Shown piece after piece: positions 42,687-51,390 of a stretch of DNA of 64,000 nucleotides. Each line of letters begins with the position of its first letter. Within the stretch, counting starts at the first letter, position 1. Where the stretch lies: the IMG/VR virus record IMGVR_UViG_3300033475_000019. One strand, 5' to 3'. The position numbers were made by a program, and so were the translations under genes. The DNA is from a virus. Below the pieces are notes generated by a model that was not told the origin of the DNA, did no database searches, and saw nothing but the letters and a program-made list of their open reading frames with translations.

Positions 42687-43601
42687 ATGACGACCTTCGA
42701 CATCGACGCACTTTCAAAGCTGCCGTTCTTCGAGTGGCGCGATCAGAAGTACCCGGTGATGTCGCGCCAAGTGTCGTTCGCGCACGAGGGCGCCAAGCAT
42801 CGCCTGCAGTACCGCGACAACGACTTCATCGAGCAGCTCGGTCCGCATTCACTGATCTTCTCGTACGTGCTTCCGATGCGCCAGGGGATCGCTGTCGGCC
42901 CGTACAAGGACCTTTTCACGACGTGGTACCCGCTCCTCTTTGCCGCCATGCGCGACCGCGAGAAGGGCGTGATGGTCGATCCTGTGCTCGGCGAGTTCGT
43001 GTGCACGCCGGTCAGCTGGAACGACGACATGGACATGCAGAAGCGCGACGGCACGGACGTGCGAGTCGAGTTCGAGCATGCGCCGGACGCCGACGAAGTC
43101 GAAGACCTAAAGACCATCAACATCCAAGGCCTGAGCTCGGTGGCGGGCTCGCTTGATGCCGAGCTCGCCAAGGTCAACTGGGAGCAGGAGCCCAGCCCGG
43201 GGCCGACCATGGACGTGCTGAACGCCATCTCCGGCTTTGGTGCGCAACTCGAGGCGCAGCACGACAAGTTCGTCGCTGCGCTCGAAGACTTCGCGTACAA
43301 GAACCAAAAGATCGACCAGCAGATCGATCGGCTCCAAAACCCTGACGTCTGGCCGCTCAAACGCGCCGTCCGCCGCAACCGCGCCAACGCCGTGTCGCTG
43401 GCGAAGCGAGCCCAAGATCCGACCAAGGAGATCGTCCAGACGACGGTCAATTACGGCCGCACGCTTAGCGCCTTGGCGCGCGAAGTCGGCATGACCACGG
43501 CAGCATTGCTCGAGCAGAACCCGGCTCTGGCGCGCTCCCCGTTCGTCCCTGGCGGCACGGTCATCAACGTGACGAGGCGTCGTGAGCGGCGCGCAGCCTG
43601 A
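42687..43601 (+). CDS. Mu gpN-like (DNA circulation family) tail protein with a C-terminal LysM-like motif
   Basis: 304 aa. The N-terminal F.W......P......F.H pattern is like Mu N. C-terminal TLSALAREVGMTTAALLEQNPALA..PFVPGGTVINV is LysM-like. Confidence 0.6.
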   Translation: MTTFDIDALSKLPFFEWRDQKYPVMSRQVSFAHEGAKHRLQYRDNDFIEQLGPHSLIFSYVLPMRQGIAVGPYKDLFTTWYPLLFAAMRDREKGVMVDPVLGEFVCTPVSWNDDMDMQKRDGTDVRVEFEHAPDADEVEDLKTINIQGLSSVAGSLDAELAKVNWEQEPSPGPTMDVLNAISGFGAQLEAQHDKFVAALEDFAYKNQKIDQQIDRLQNPDVWPLKRAVRRNRANAVSLAKRAQDPTKEIVQTTVNYGRTLSALAREVGMTTAALLEQNPALARSPFVPGGTVINVTRRRERRAA

Positions 43602-44793
43602 GAGCCTGCTCGAGGTCCGGTTCAACCTACTTGGGCGCACCGAGACGCGGTTCAAGAGCTGGTCGATCGACTCGGCCTACCTTACGAGCACTGACGGCTT
43701 CAGCTTTGACCTGTACCCGGCGCGGCGCGAGGACGGGCAATTCCTCGAGCTGCAGCCCTGTGAATTGACGGTCGATGGCGCCAGCCAGGTGCTCGGGCGC
43801 ATCGACAAGACACGCATCGGCCATGACGGCAGCGTCGTCACTTGCGAGGGGCGCGACTACCTCAGTGACCTGGTCGAGTGCAACTGCGACCCCAACCTGA
43901 GCTTCGACGCCAAGACCGAGCTCGCGGACCTGATTCACGGTGCAGCAAGCCCCTGCGGCATCTTCGAGATCACCGACTTCGAAAACATCCTGATGGCGGA
44001 GATCCGGAGCGGCCGGAAGATCCGCCGGAAGCCGCGGAAGCGCCGGAAACGAAAGCTCGAGCAGTCGTACAAACCCAAGCCCGGCGAGGGGATCTTCGAA
44101 TTCATCAACCGGCCGACCGCGCGCAACGGCGCTACGATTCAGCCGGGCCCAGACCGCAACACGCTGGTCATCGACGCGCCCGACTACACGCAGGACGCCA
44201 GCTACGAGCTGATCCGGAGCGACGACCCCAACGCCGCCAACGCCAACAACATCGTAAGCGGCGAAGCGGAGCGCGACTATTCGAGCTTTCCGACCTACGC
44301 GCTGTTCGTTGGCACGTTTGGTCAGCAGGGGCAGCAGACCGGCGGCGACAAGAAGCTCTTCAAGATGAAGGAGCTGTCCGAGGCCTTCAACTCGGAGATG
44401 GGTCGGATCCTGCAGCGAGCAATCGCGCCAGATCGCAACGAGGTTTTCAAGTCAGACGCGGGGTTCAAAGCGCTGCTGTACCGGCTCCTGTTCTTCCGAG
44501 ACCAGGACGCTCGCAGTCCTGAAGATCTCGAGTCGGCAGCCAAGCGCGCCATCGCCGACCGCTTGAAAGACACGCTGCGCTACACCTGCACGGTTCGTGG
44601 TCACAAGGATCCCCGCACCGGCGCCGTCTACTCGGTGAACACGATCGCGAACGTGAACGACGCGATCTGCAACGTGCACGAGCCGCTCTGGGTGGCCAAG
44701 CGCACGCTGCGCTACGACGAGAATCAGGGCGCGCTGTGCGATCTGGAGCTGTGGCGTCCGGAGTCGTTCCAGATCGCTGAAGAAGCCAAATGA
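43582..44793 (+). CDS. Mu gpP / P2 gpD-like baseplate hub protein
   Basis: 403 aa; position after the N-like gene; GTG start. Confidence 0.6.
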   Translation: MSGAQPESLLEVRFNLLGRTETRFKSWSIDSAYLTSTDGFSFDLYPARREDGQFLELQPCELTVDGASQVLGRIDKTRIGHDGSVVTCEGRDYLSDLVECNCDPNLSFDAKTELADLIHGAASPCGIFEITDFENILMAEIRSGRKIRRKPRKRRKRKLEQSYKPKPGEGIFEFINRPTARNGATIQPGPDRNTLVIDAPDYTQDASYELIRSDDPNAANANNIVSGEAERDYSSFPTYALFVGTFGQQGQQTGGDKKLFKMKELSEAFNSEMGRILQRAIAPDRNEVFKSDAGFKALLYRLLFFRDQDARSPEDLESAAKRAIADRLKDTLRYTCTVRGHKDPRTGAVYSVNTIANVNDAICNVHEPLWVAKRTLRYDENQGALCDLELWRPESFQIAEEAK

Positions 44794-45440
44794 CCGCAGA
44801 CATCGGCATCCTGGGCGCGTCGAAAGTCGTCGCTGGCGTCGTGACATGGCAGGTCAACGTAGCGGTCGGCAACGACAACGACGACGTCGAGCCCGGCGGC
44901 GAGGTCGATGTTTTTCAGACGCTCGGTGTGTCGTCGGTGCCCTATCCGAAAACCAGCGACGGCTACGCCGAGGGCCTGTTCTTTCGCGATTGCGGCGGCA
45001 AGAGTGTGGTGTGCTTCGCTGGGCGCGACACGCGCGACGCGGGCTTCACCGGCAAACTGCGGCCAGGCGACACCACCATCCACGCGACAGGCCCCAAGGC
45101 GAGCGCGCAGTGCTTCCTCAAGAACGAGAAGAAGCAGGCAGGGCTGGCGGTCGACGATGCTGAGGGCAAGTCGATGCTCTTCTTGCTCGACGGGAAGAAC
45201 AAGAAGGCGCAGATCGCGGCCCGCGGGGCGATGATTCAGATCGGTGACGACGGGTCGATCTCGCTAATCGACAAGAGCGGCGCTGGTCTCGTGATCAGCA
45301 ACGGCAAGGTGCGGATTGTGGGAAATCTCTCGCTGCCGGGAATGACCCCGGGGCTGTGTTTGATGCAGGGGCCACCGACAGGATCACCGGGCGGAAGCCT
45401 AGCAATCGCGATGACCGCGGTGCAGAACGCAAGCAAGTAG
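44790..45440 (+). CDS. baseplate spike/assembly protein V (Mu gp45-like)
   Basis: 216 aa. The pattern GD..I......A.....DG.I.L....G..L.I..GKV.I.G.L matches gpV-type spikes. Confidence 0.6.
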   Translation: MTADIGILGASKVVAGVVTWQVNVAVGNDNDDVEPGGEVDVFQTLGVSSVPYPKTSDGYAEGLFFRDCGGKSVVCFAGRDTRDAGFTGKLRPGDTTIHATGPKASAQCFLKNEKKQAGLAVDDAEGKSMLFLLDGKNKKAQIAARGAMIQIGDDGSISLIDKSGAGLVISNGKVRIVGNLSLPGMTPGLCLMQGPPTGSPGGSLAIAMTAVQNASK

Positions 45441-45443
45441 CCT

Positions 45444-45755
45444 GTGTGCAACCTCGACATACCGCGAGCGCGCCTTCCAGTCCCGAGCTTCCCGCTCCCT
45501 GAGGTTCCGCCGCCGCTGCCGGTTTTTCACGCCGAGGTCGATTTCCCAATCAGCTTGGATCTGCCGCGAGCTCGCATTCCGTTTCCGGAGTTCGCTCGCC
45601 CTGAATTACCACCTCGGTTGGAGTCATTTCAGGTGGATCTTGATCTGCCTTCGAAACCCAGGCTGCCGCGGCCAAAACTTCCGTTGCCAGGCTTCCCGAT
45701 CCCGGAAGTGCCGCCGCGGATCCCAGCACTCCAAGCCGAGTGCCCGTTTAACTAG
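45444..45755 (+). CDS. proline-rich protein with three ~30-aa tandem repeats
   Basis: GTG start; 103 aa. Repeats are DIPRARLPVPSFPLPEVPPPLPVFHAEV / DLPRARIPFPEFARPELPPRLESFQVDL / LPSKPRLPRPKLPLPGFPIPEVPPRIPALQAE. Lower GC than neighbouring genes. Confidence 0.45.
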   Translation: MCNLDIPRARLPVPSFPLPEVPPPLPVFHAEVDFPISLDLPRARIPFPEFARPELPPRLESFQVDLDLPSKPRLPRPKLPLPGFPIPEVPPRIPALQAECPFN

Positions 45756-46291
45756 AGCGTGAAGGTTACCTTCTCAGCGTGTACCGTGGCGGAGCCACAC
45801 TGTACGGCGGCGACCCCGTCGTCCAATTGAGCGACCCCGATCGTGTAGGACTCAGCAAAAGAAGCCGGAAACTTGGTCGGAGCGTCGTCAGGGAACTTTA
45901 CCAGCACGCGAACGCTGGCCAGTTCGCTCACGGTCTTTCCGGGGAATTGCGCGACCGCAAAATAGGCCGTGCTCTTGCCCGGCTCACAAGCGGCTTCAAC
46001 CACGATTGGCTCCGGTGCGACGCAGCCACACGCAGGATCTGAGCCAGCCCCGCCTGCCGCATTGCCACTAGCCGCCATCGCGTTCGGCACGGGATCGCCG
46101 GCGAGCGAGTTAGCGCCGGCGCCGGTCACGGGCGCGCCCCCCATGCTCGGCTGTCCGCCCTCTAGAGCGTGTGCGTCGCCGCTTGCTCCAGGTAGTGCCG
46201 CGTGCGGTGTACTGCCGCCACCAGAGCAAGCCGCCATCGCGGCGTAGACCACACACCCACCGACCAACGACTCGAGCGAACGCTTCAGCAT
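45752..46291 (-). CDS. lipoprotein/secreted protein (moron, antisense to the tail operon)
   Basis: ATG 46291 is preceded by AGGAG. Signal peptide MLKRSLESLVGGCVVYAAMAAC with lipobox-like AMAAC, then a Gly/Ala/Pro linker and a beta-rich C-terminal domain. Confidence 0.6.
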   Translation of the reverse strand: MLKRSLESLVGGCVVYAAMAACSGGGSTPHAALPGASGDAHALEGGQPSMGGAPVTGAGANSLAGDPVPNAMAASGNAAGGAGSDPACGCVAPEPIVVEAACEPGKSTAYFAVAQFPGKTVSELASVRVLVKFPDDAPTKFPASFAESYTIGVAQLDDGVAAVQCGSATVHAEKVTFTL

Positions 46292-46301
46292 CACGGTACT
46301 C

Positions 46302-46577
46302 CTAGTGAACGACGATCACGCTTGGGTGCCCGAACATGTTCCAAGCGACCCAAAGAACGAAGACGGCGAAGGCGGCTACGGCGACCTTCATGCCGAAGTG
46401 CGATTGGTCGGGCGCTTTGGCCACCAGACGCGCGAACGGCGACGCGGACAGGTGAACCCACGATCCACCCTCCGGACGCACCAGCGCGTCACGCAGGCCC
46501 TTCCGTACGAGCTCCTCAAGCTCGGCCTCCTCGTACGGTCCCGCCTCGTGCTCTCCGGCACGCACCGACCAGCGCAT
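46302..46577 (-). CDS. GYF_2 (DUF4339)-like domain protein with a C-terminal TM helix (moron)
   Basis: ATG 46577; 91 aa. W.V....E.GPY.E.EL.ELV.KG......VRPEGGSW followed by TM VAVAAFAVFVLWVAWNMF. Confidence 0.5.
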   Translation of the reverse strand: MRWSVRAGEHEAGPYEEAELEELVRKGLRDALVRPEGGSWVHLSASPFARLVAKAPDQSHFGMKVAVAAFAVFVLWVAWNMFGHPSVIVVH

Positions 46578-46634
46578 AGCCGCCAACGGTAAGCACCAAC
46601 CGCTCGGCCTGCAAGCCCACCTCGAGATCCTCCT

Positions 46635-47090
46635 ATGCCTGGCTTCGGCGTCATGCCCTTTGGAACCGGCCCCATGGGGCTCGGGACCCCCGTTTCTGCA
46701 AGCGAACCGCCCGTCGGCCCCGCCGGCTGCCTGTACATCAACCCGGCGACCAAGGACTACGAGCAGGATCCCGAGACCGGGCAACTCAAGCAGATGCCGC
46801 CGGTGCGCCAGCAGGTACTGCTGGCCATCACGACGTTGACCGGTTCGGCCACGACGCTCGACTGGCTGGGCATTCGCCTGCCTCGCAAGATGGGCGACCG
46901 CTTTCAGGGCGACATCGAGGTCTCCGTGCGCGCCGCGCTGCGCCACTTGACCGACACCCAAAAGATCATCCGCGTCGACAGCATCGTCGCCCAGCGCGGC
47001 GCTGGCGGTCGTGCGCGCATCACCGTGAGCTGGACGGATCTGACCACGAAGCTCACCGACCAAGTCTCGAACTTCAACCCGAACCCGTAA
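46635..47090 (+). CDS. Mu gp46-like baseplate protein
   Basis: 151 aa; position before the gpJ-like gene. The DPETGQL...LTGSATT pattern resembles the GP46 family. Confidence 0.55.
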   Translation: MPGFGVMPFGTGPMGLGTPVSASEPPVGPAGCLYINPATKDYEQDPETGQLKQMPPVRQQVLLAITTLTGSATTLDWLGIRLPRKMGDRFQGDIEVSVRAALRHLTDTQKIIRVDSIVAQRGAGGRARITVSWTDLTTKLTDQVSNFNPNP

Positions 47091-48607
47091 TGGCTGAGCA
47101 ATTCGCGACCATCTTCGTGCCCAGCGGCAGCGCTGAGTTGCGCGATCAGTGGCTGCAGGACGCGCGCCTCGCAGCTATTGACACTGGCGTCGCTGAGCCG
47201 CCGATCGAACCGGGTACGGATTGGTACATCAAGGCCGAGGCCGACGCGCAGCTCGGGCTGGTGGCGCTCGCAAACATCGCCATCCACGGCAAGAGCACGA
47301 ACGTGCTGACCGCCGTTGGTGATGACCTCGACGCGATCCGCGAGGGTGACGGTCTGCCGGTGGTGCAGCCGGCGGGATCGACCGGCAAGATCAAGATCAC
47401 GGTCTTTGGCGCGACCACGATCGCGACCGGTACACAGGCCAAGCTGCCGAACGGGCTCAGGATCCGCACCGTCGGCACGGTCGTCAATCCTGCTGACCAG
47501 CAGGAGATCGACGTCGAAGCGATCGACGTCGGCACGCTAACCAACCTGAAAGGCGGCGAGGCTGTTCAATTCGTCTCGGCGCCGACCAACGTAGCCAAGG
47601 CGGCCAAGGTGTCGAACGCCTTCCCGCTCACGGGTGGCACCGACGCCGAGAACGACGCGCGCAAGCGAGCGCGAATCCTCAACACCCGCCGCAACAAGCC
47701 CGCCGGTGGCAACTGGGCCTATTGGCGACAGTTCGTACAAGATCGCTTTGCCTCGATCTCGGACACGTACGTGTACGCAGCTCCTGGAGGCCCGAGCTCA
47801 CAGCTCATTGTGCCGGTGAGAGCATTCGACCGCAGCGCCAACGACTACTCGCGCTCCCCTTCGACGACGCTGATCCAGAAGATCCGCAACACGATTCAAT
47901 CAGATGCGACGACGGGCGTAGAGACGGTTGTTCGTGCTTCGGCAGATGAGCTGGTCGACTTCACGTTGCTCATCGAGATCCCAGCCTCTACGCTTTCAGG
48001 CGGCAACGGCCAGGGGTGGACCAACCAAAGCGTGTGGCCCACCCTCGAGGTTGCGGACGCCAACAAGGTCACGGTTTCTGGATCACCCAGCGACTACAGC
48101 CAGATCACGGTGACTGCCAACACCGCGACAGCGCCATCGAATGGGCAAACCGAGATCGCTTGGTGGAGCCCGGCCGATCGCATGTTTTACACGGGGCTCG
48201 TTATCAGCCACACGGGTAGTGCGGGAGCTTGGGCGCTCACGCTCGACCGACCGCTCGTCGGCAAGAACGGCGTTGGAGTCGCCAACGGCGACTTCATCTG
48301 CCCCAACGCCCAAAACCTCACCGCGTACGGCGAGAGCTGGGTTGCGCTGCTCGAATCGCTGGGACCTGGTGAGATCCTCGAGAACGACCCGGATCGCCTA
48401 CCTCGCGCGCTCCGCAACCCCAACGCCTCCGACGAGGCTCCGAGCTCGATCACGAAGGCGACGCTCAAAGGCTTCACGAACAAACACCCGGAAGTCACCG
48501 ACATCGACTTCGGGTACGCGCCAACCGCCACACCCACCGTCCCGGCGTCGGTTGACGATCCGCCGAACATCCTCGTTCCGCGCCACTTCGCAGTCTACCC
48601 GCAATGA
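47090..48607 (+). CDS. baseplate J-like protein (Mu gp47)
   Basis: 505 aa. FPLTGGTDAENDARKRARIL is the typical gpJ motif (GG.D.E.D..lR.R). Confidence 0.7.
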   Translation: MAEQFATIFVPSGSAELRDQWLQDARLAAIDTGVAEPPIEPGTDWYIKAEADAQLGLVALANIAIHGKSTNVLTAVGDDLDAIREGDGLPVVQPAGSTGKIKITVFGATTIATGTQAKLPNGLRIRTVGTVVNPADQQEIDVEAIDVGTLTNLKGGEAVQFVSAPTNVAKAAKVSNAFPLTGGTDAENDARKRARILNTRRNKPAGGNWAYWRQFVQDRFASISDTYVYAAPGGPSSQLIVPVRAFDRSANDYSRSPSTTLIQKIRNTIQSDATTGVETVVRASADELVDFTLLIEIPASTLSGGNGQGWTNQSVWPTLEVADANKVTVSGSPSDYSQITVTANTATAPSNGQTEIAWWSPADRMFYTGLVISHTGSAGAWALTLDRPLVGKNGVGVANGDFICPNAQNLTAYGESWVALLESLGPGEILENDPDRLPRALRNPNASDEAPSSITKATLKGFTNKHPEVTDIDFGYAPTATPTVPASVDDPPNILVPRHFAVYPQ

Positions 48608-49146
48608 CCGCCATCATCCCCACAGGCGCCCCGGCGTGGACGCGACAAACGTCGCATACCGACTACGGCGGGAACGTGAACAAGCGCAACTATATGGGCC
48701 AGGGCGTGGTCAACGCGCTCACCGACGTGGGCGCAGAGGACTTCTGCCGTGCTTGCTCAGACCTCGCAGCCGTCGCGCGCACGGCCCCGATGTGGGTCAT
48801 CACGTACCTGTGCAGTGACAGCGTGCCGGCGGCGCCCACCATCGAAGTCGCTGATGGTATGACGGGCGTTCGGCTGCTCAGCTACGTGGGCGACGCAGCG
48901 CCGACTGGGTTTCCCAGCGCAGCACGCAACGGCACGGGCGACGTGACGTTCACATTCTCCGCGAGCTACTCCGACGACTACGGCGTAGCCGGCGCATGGG
49001 TGCCCAAGACTGCCGATGCGGGTCTGCACGGCGCAACCGGTGGCGCGGCGCCCTGCGTGATCTCTGGTTCGACGGTGCGCGTTCGCGCGATCAGCCACGC
49101 GGGCGCAGCGATCAGCGATGCACGGGTCACGCTCGAGGTGGGCTGA
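48604..49146 (+). CDS. baseplate/tail protein, paralogue 1
   Basis: 180 aa. Shares DLAAVARTAP, GDVTFTFSASYSDDYG and VISGSTVRVRAIS blocks with the next ORF. Confidence 0.55.
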   Translation: MTAIIPTGAPAWTRQTSHTDYGGNVNKRNYMGQGVVNALTDVGAEDFCRACSDLAAVARTAPMWVITYLCSDSVPAAPTIEVADGMTGVRLLSYVGDAAPTGFPSAARNGTGDVTFTFSASYSDDYGVAGAWVPKTADAGLHGATGGAAPCVISGSTVRVRAISHAGAAISDARVTLEVG

Positions 49147-49595
49147 TGCCCTGGGGAGCCTTTGCACCGCTGCCGATACGGCTTGGCGGTAACCCCGAAG
49201 AGGGTTGGGCGCCGGAACAGCACGCCCGTTTTTCCGCGGACCTGGTGGCCATCAAGCGCACGGCGCCGCTCGCGCGGCTCTACTGCAACCAGGATTCCGG
49301 GTCGCCGTTCGCTGCTTCGATCACGTACTACTTCGGCCAGAATGGCGCCGGCACCCTTTACGCGCCCACGGTGACCGTTGGAGGCGCCGGCGACGTCTCG
49401 GTCACATTCCCGAGTTACTGGACTGACGACTACGAGCGGCAACACCCGCTGAAGATTCGTCAGGCGATTGCCCGTCCGCACGCGGCCGCTGGTCGCTTTC
49501 CAACTTGCACCATCACCGGCAACGTCGTCCGTGTTCGGACCGTGACCGACGCCGGGGTGGCCTCTGCAACACCATTCTCGCTGCGCGTTTGGTGA
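49146..49595 (+). CDS. baseplate/tail protein, paralogue 2
   Basis: ATG 49146 (TGATG); 149 aa. Blocks DLVAIKRTAP, GDVSVTFPSYWTDDYE, TITGNVVRVRTVT. Confidence 0.55.
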   Translation: MPWGAFAPLPIRLGGNPEEGWAPEQHARFSADLVAIKRTAPLARLYCNQDSGSPFAASITYYFGQNGAGTLYAPTVTVGGAGDVSVTFPSYWTDDYERQHPLKIRQAIARPHAAAGRFPTCTITGNVVRVRTVTDAGVASATPFSLRVW

Positions 49596-49598
49596 GCC

Positions 49599-50369
49599 AT
49601 GGGCGAAGCCACAATCGTACCCAGCGGCAAGCCCAGCTGGTCGCGCGAAGCTGCGGTCGGCGACTACGGCGGCGATCCAAGCAAGCGCGCCAGTAGCACC
49701 GAAGGCAATGCGCCCTACGCTTGGCTCTGCTACCGCGAGCTCCAGGCGATGCGCGGATCGGCTTACTCGCAGCGCATCGGTGGAACGCTCGTTCATTGCG
49801 AAAACCTCGCCACGGCGCGCCTCATGGCTTGGTGGGGCTGGCGCATGCCTGAGAAGCTCCAGGCCAACAGTCAGCCAGCCACGGCCGACGACGCGCTCCC
49901 CTATTGGGTGGAGGTGCTCAAGGTGCCGTCACGCTCAAGTGACCAGAAGTGGCAGATCCGCCAGCGGTGCGCGGCTCACCAAAAGGCGATCCTTAGCCTC
50001 AACCTGACCACCATCCAGACGGCCGTGCAGGCACTGATCGGCGACGTCTACGTCGATTCGTTTTTCACGTTCGGCGATGCCCTCTCCACTCCGCCGGTCA
50101 TCACCTTTTGGCCCGGCGTAAACCCTGGTCCGGCCGATTTCTCGCTCGGCGGCGGCGCTTGGATCAGCGAGCGCAGCCGGTTCACGGTCGTGACTCAGAT
50201 CCCGCCGGGCATGCCACTTGGTGAATACCGCCAGCTTGTGGATGTGCAGCTGTTCCAGCTCCTGCACCGCATGCTCCCGGCGTACTGCACCTTCGGGTGG
50301 ACGGTCGGTAGCGACGGGTTCTTCCTCGACGTCTCTTCGCTCGATCTCACGGGGCTTACGCCATCATGA
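49599..50369 (+). CDS. tail protein (Mu gp48/DUF2313-like position)
   Basis: 256 aa. The N-terminal IVPSGKPSWSREAAVGDYGGDPSKR is similar to the N-terminus of the ORF at 48604. Confidence 0.5.
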   Translation: MGEATIVPSGKPSWSREAAVGDYGGDPSKRASSTEGNAPYAWLCYRELQAMRGSAYSQRIGGTLVHCENLATARLMAWWGWRMPEKLQANSQPATADDALPYWVEVLKVPSRSSDQKWQIRQRCAAHQKAILSLNLTTIQTAVQALIGDVYVDSFFTFGDALSTPPVITFWPGVNPGPADFSLGGGAWISERSRFTVVTQIPPGMPLGEYRQLVDVQLFQLLHRMLPAYCTFGWTVGSDGFFLDVSSLDLTGLTPS

Positions 50370-50680
50370 CGGGACTGCACGAAAGCACGCTGGCGCTCAG
50401 CGTCTACAACGCGGTGGCGCGCGACGGCGCGATGGACGGCGAGCAACTGCTGGCCTACCTGCGATCCAACTGGGATCCGCGGCTCGAGCCCAACGAGGTT
50501 GTTGCTGGGTGCGATTACCTCAAAGCCCGGAGGATGATCGTGGTCGCGGACGGCGTTGTTGCGCCAGCGCGCCTCGAAAGCGGCGCTGCACGCACGGTGC
50601 TCCGCCATCCCGCGCGCCAGACCGAGCTCGTTTATGGGCTTGGCGCTGGCAAGCCGACTGCTGGAACTAAGCTCGGATGA
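50366..50680 (+). CDS. hypothetical protein
   Basis: 104 aa; ATGA coupling. Confidence 0.5.
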   Translation: MTGLHESTLALSVYNAVARDGAMDGEQLLAYLRSNWDPRLEPNEVVAGCDYLKARRMIVVADGVVAPARLESGAARTVLRHPARQTELVYGLGAGKPTAGTKLG

Positions 50681-51390
50681 CTCTCACCAATCCAAAACCG
50701 CTGGGCTGGGCTTTCGGCGAGATCCTGACGTCCACCCAGATCAACAGCGTCGCGTCCCAACTCACTCACGCGCTCGATGGCGCGGGCGGCGGTTCGTACA
50801 CGCTGAGCGCGCCACTTACTATCGGCGGCGACACCGTCACCATCAGCGACACCCTAGTCGCGCCAACGATTAGCGGGAACACTGCGTTCGCGAACGACGT
50901 CGACATTGCCGGCTCGCTGTCCGTACCGTTGGTTAGCAGCGCGATCCAATTCGACGACGATGCCACGTTTGCAGGTACCAACCCGGTTTCGTTCAGCAAC
51001 GGCATGACCGTGAGCGGGACCCCAACGTTCAACGGCTACGCGCAACTGAATGGTGGCGCGGATCTGGGGAATGCGGCGAGTGACCCTGTCGCGCTGAAAG
51101 GCACCCTGACGCCTACGAGCGGTGGTCACATCCAGAAGACTGGCATTGTGGTATCGACGGCCGCTGCGAGCGTTGACATCAACAGCTTCCAGCACGTCAA
51201 GGTCACGCACGGCTCATCGACCACGACCACGCTTACAGCAACCGGCGTTGGGAACAACGACTGGTTCCGTCTCTACAACGCCTCGGGTGTCAGCCAGGAC
51301 TTCAATGGGCTCGTTACCTTCACGGCCGCAAACGGAGAGGGCGCGCTCTTTGTTCGCATCTCCGGCACCTGGCAGCGCTTCGGTTCATGA
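50677..51390 (+). CDS. tail fibre-like protein
   Basis: 237 aa, Thr/Ser/Gly/Asn-rich with repetitive beta text. Confidence 0.55.
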   Translation: MTLTNPKPLGWAFGEILTSTQINSVASQLTHALDGAGGGSYTLSAPLTIGGDTVTISDTLVAPTISGNTAFANDVDIAGSLSVPLVSSAIQFDDDATFAGTNPVSFSNGMTVSGTPTFNGYAQLNGGADLGNAASDPVALKGTLTPTSGGHIQKTGIVVSTAAASVDINSFQHVKVTHGSSTTTTLTATGVGNNDWFRLYNASGVSQDFNGLVTFTAANGEGALFVRISGTWQRFGS

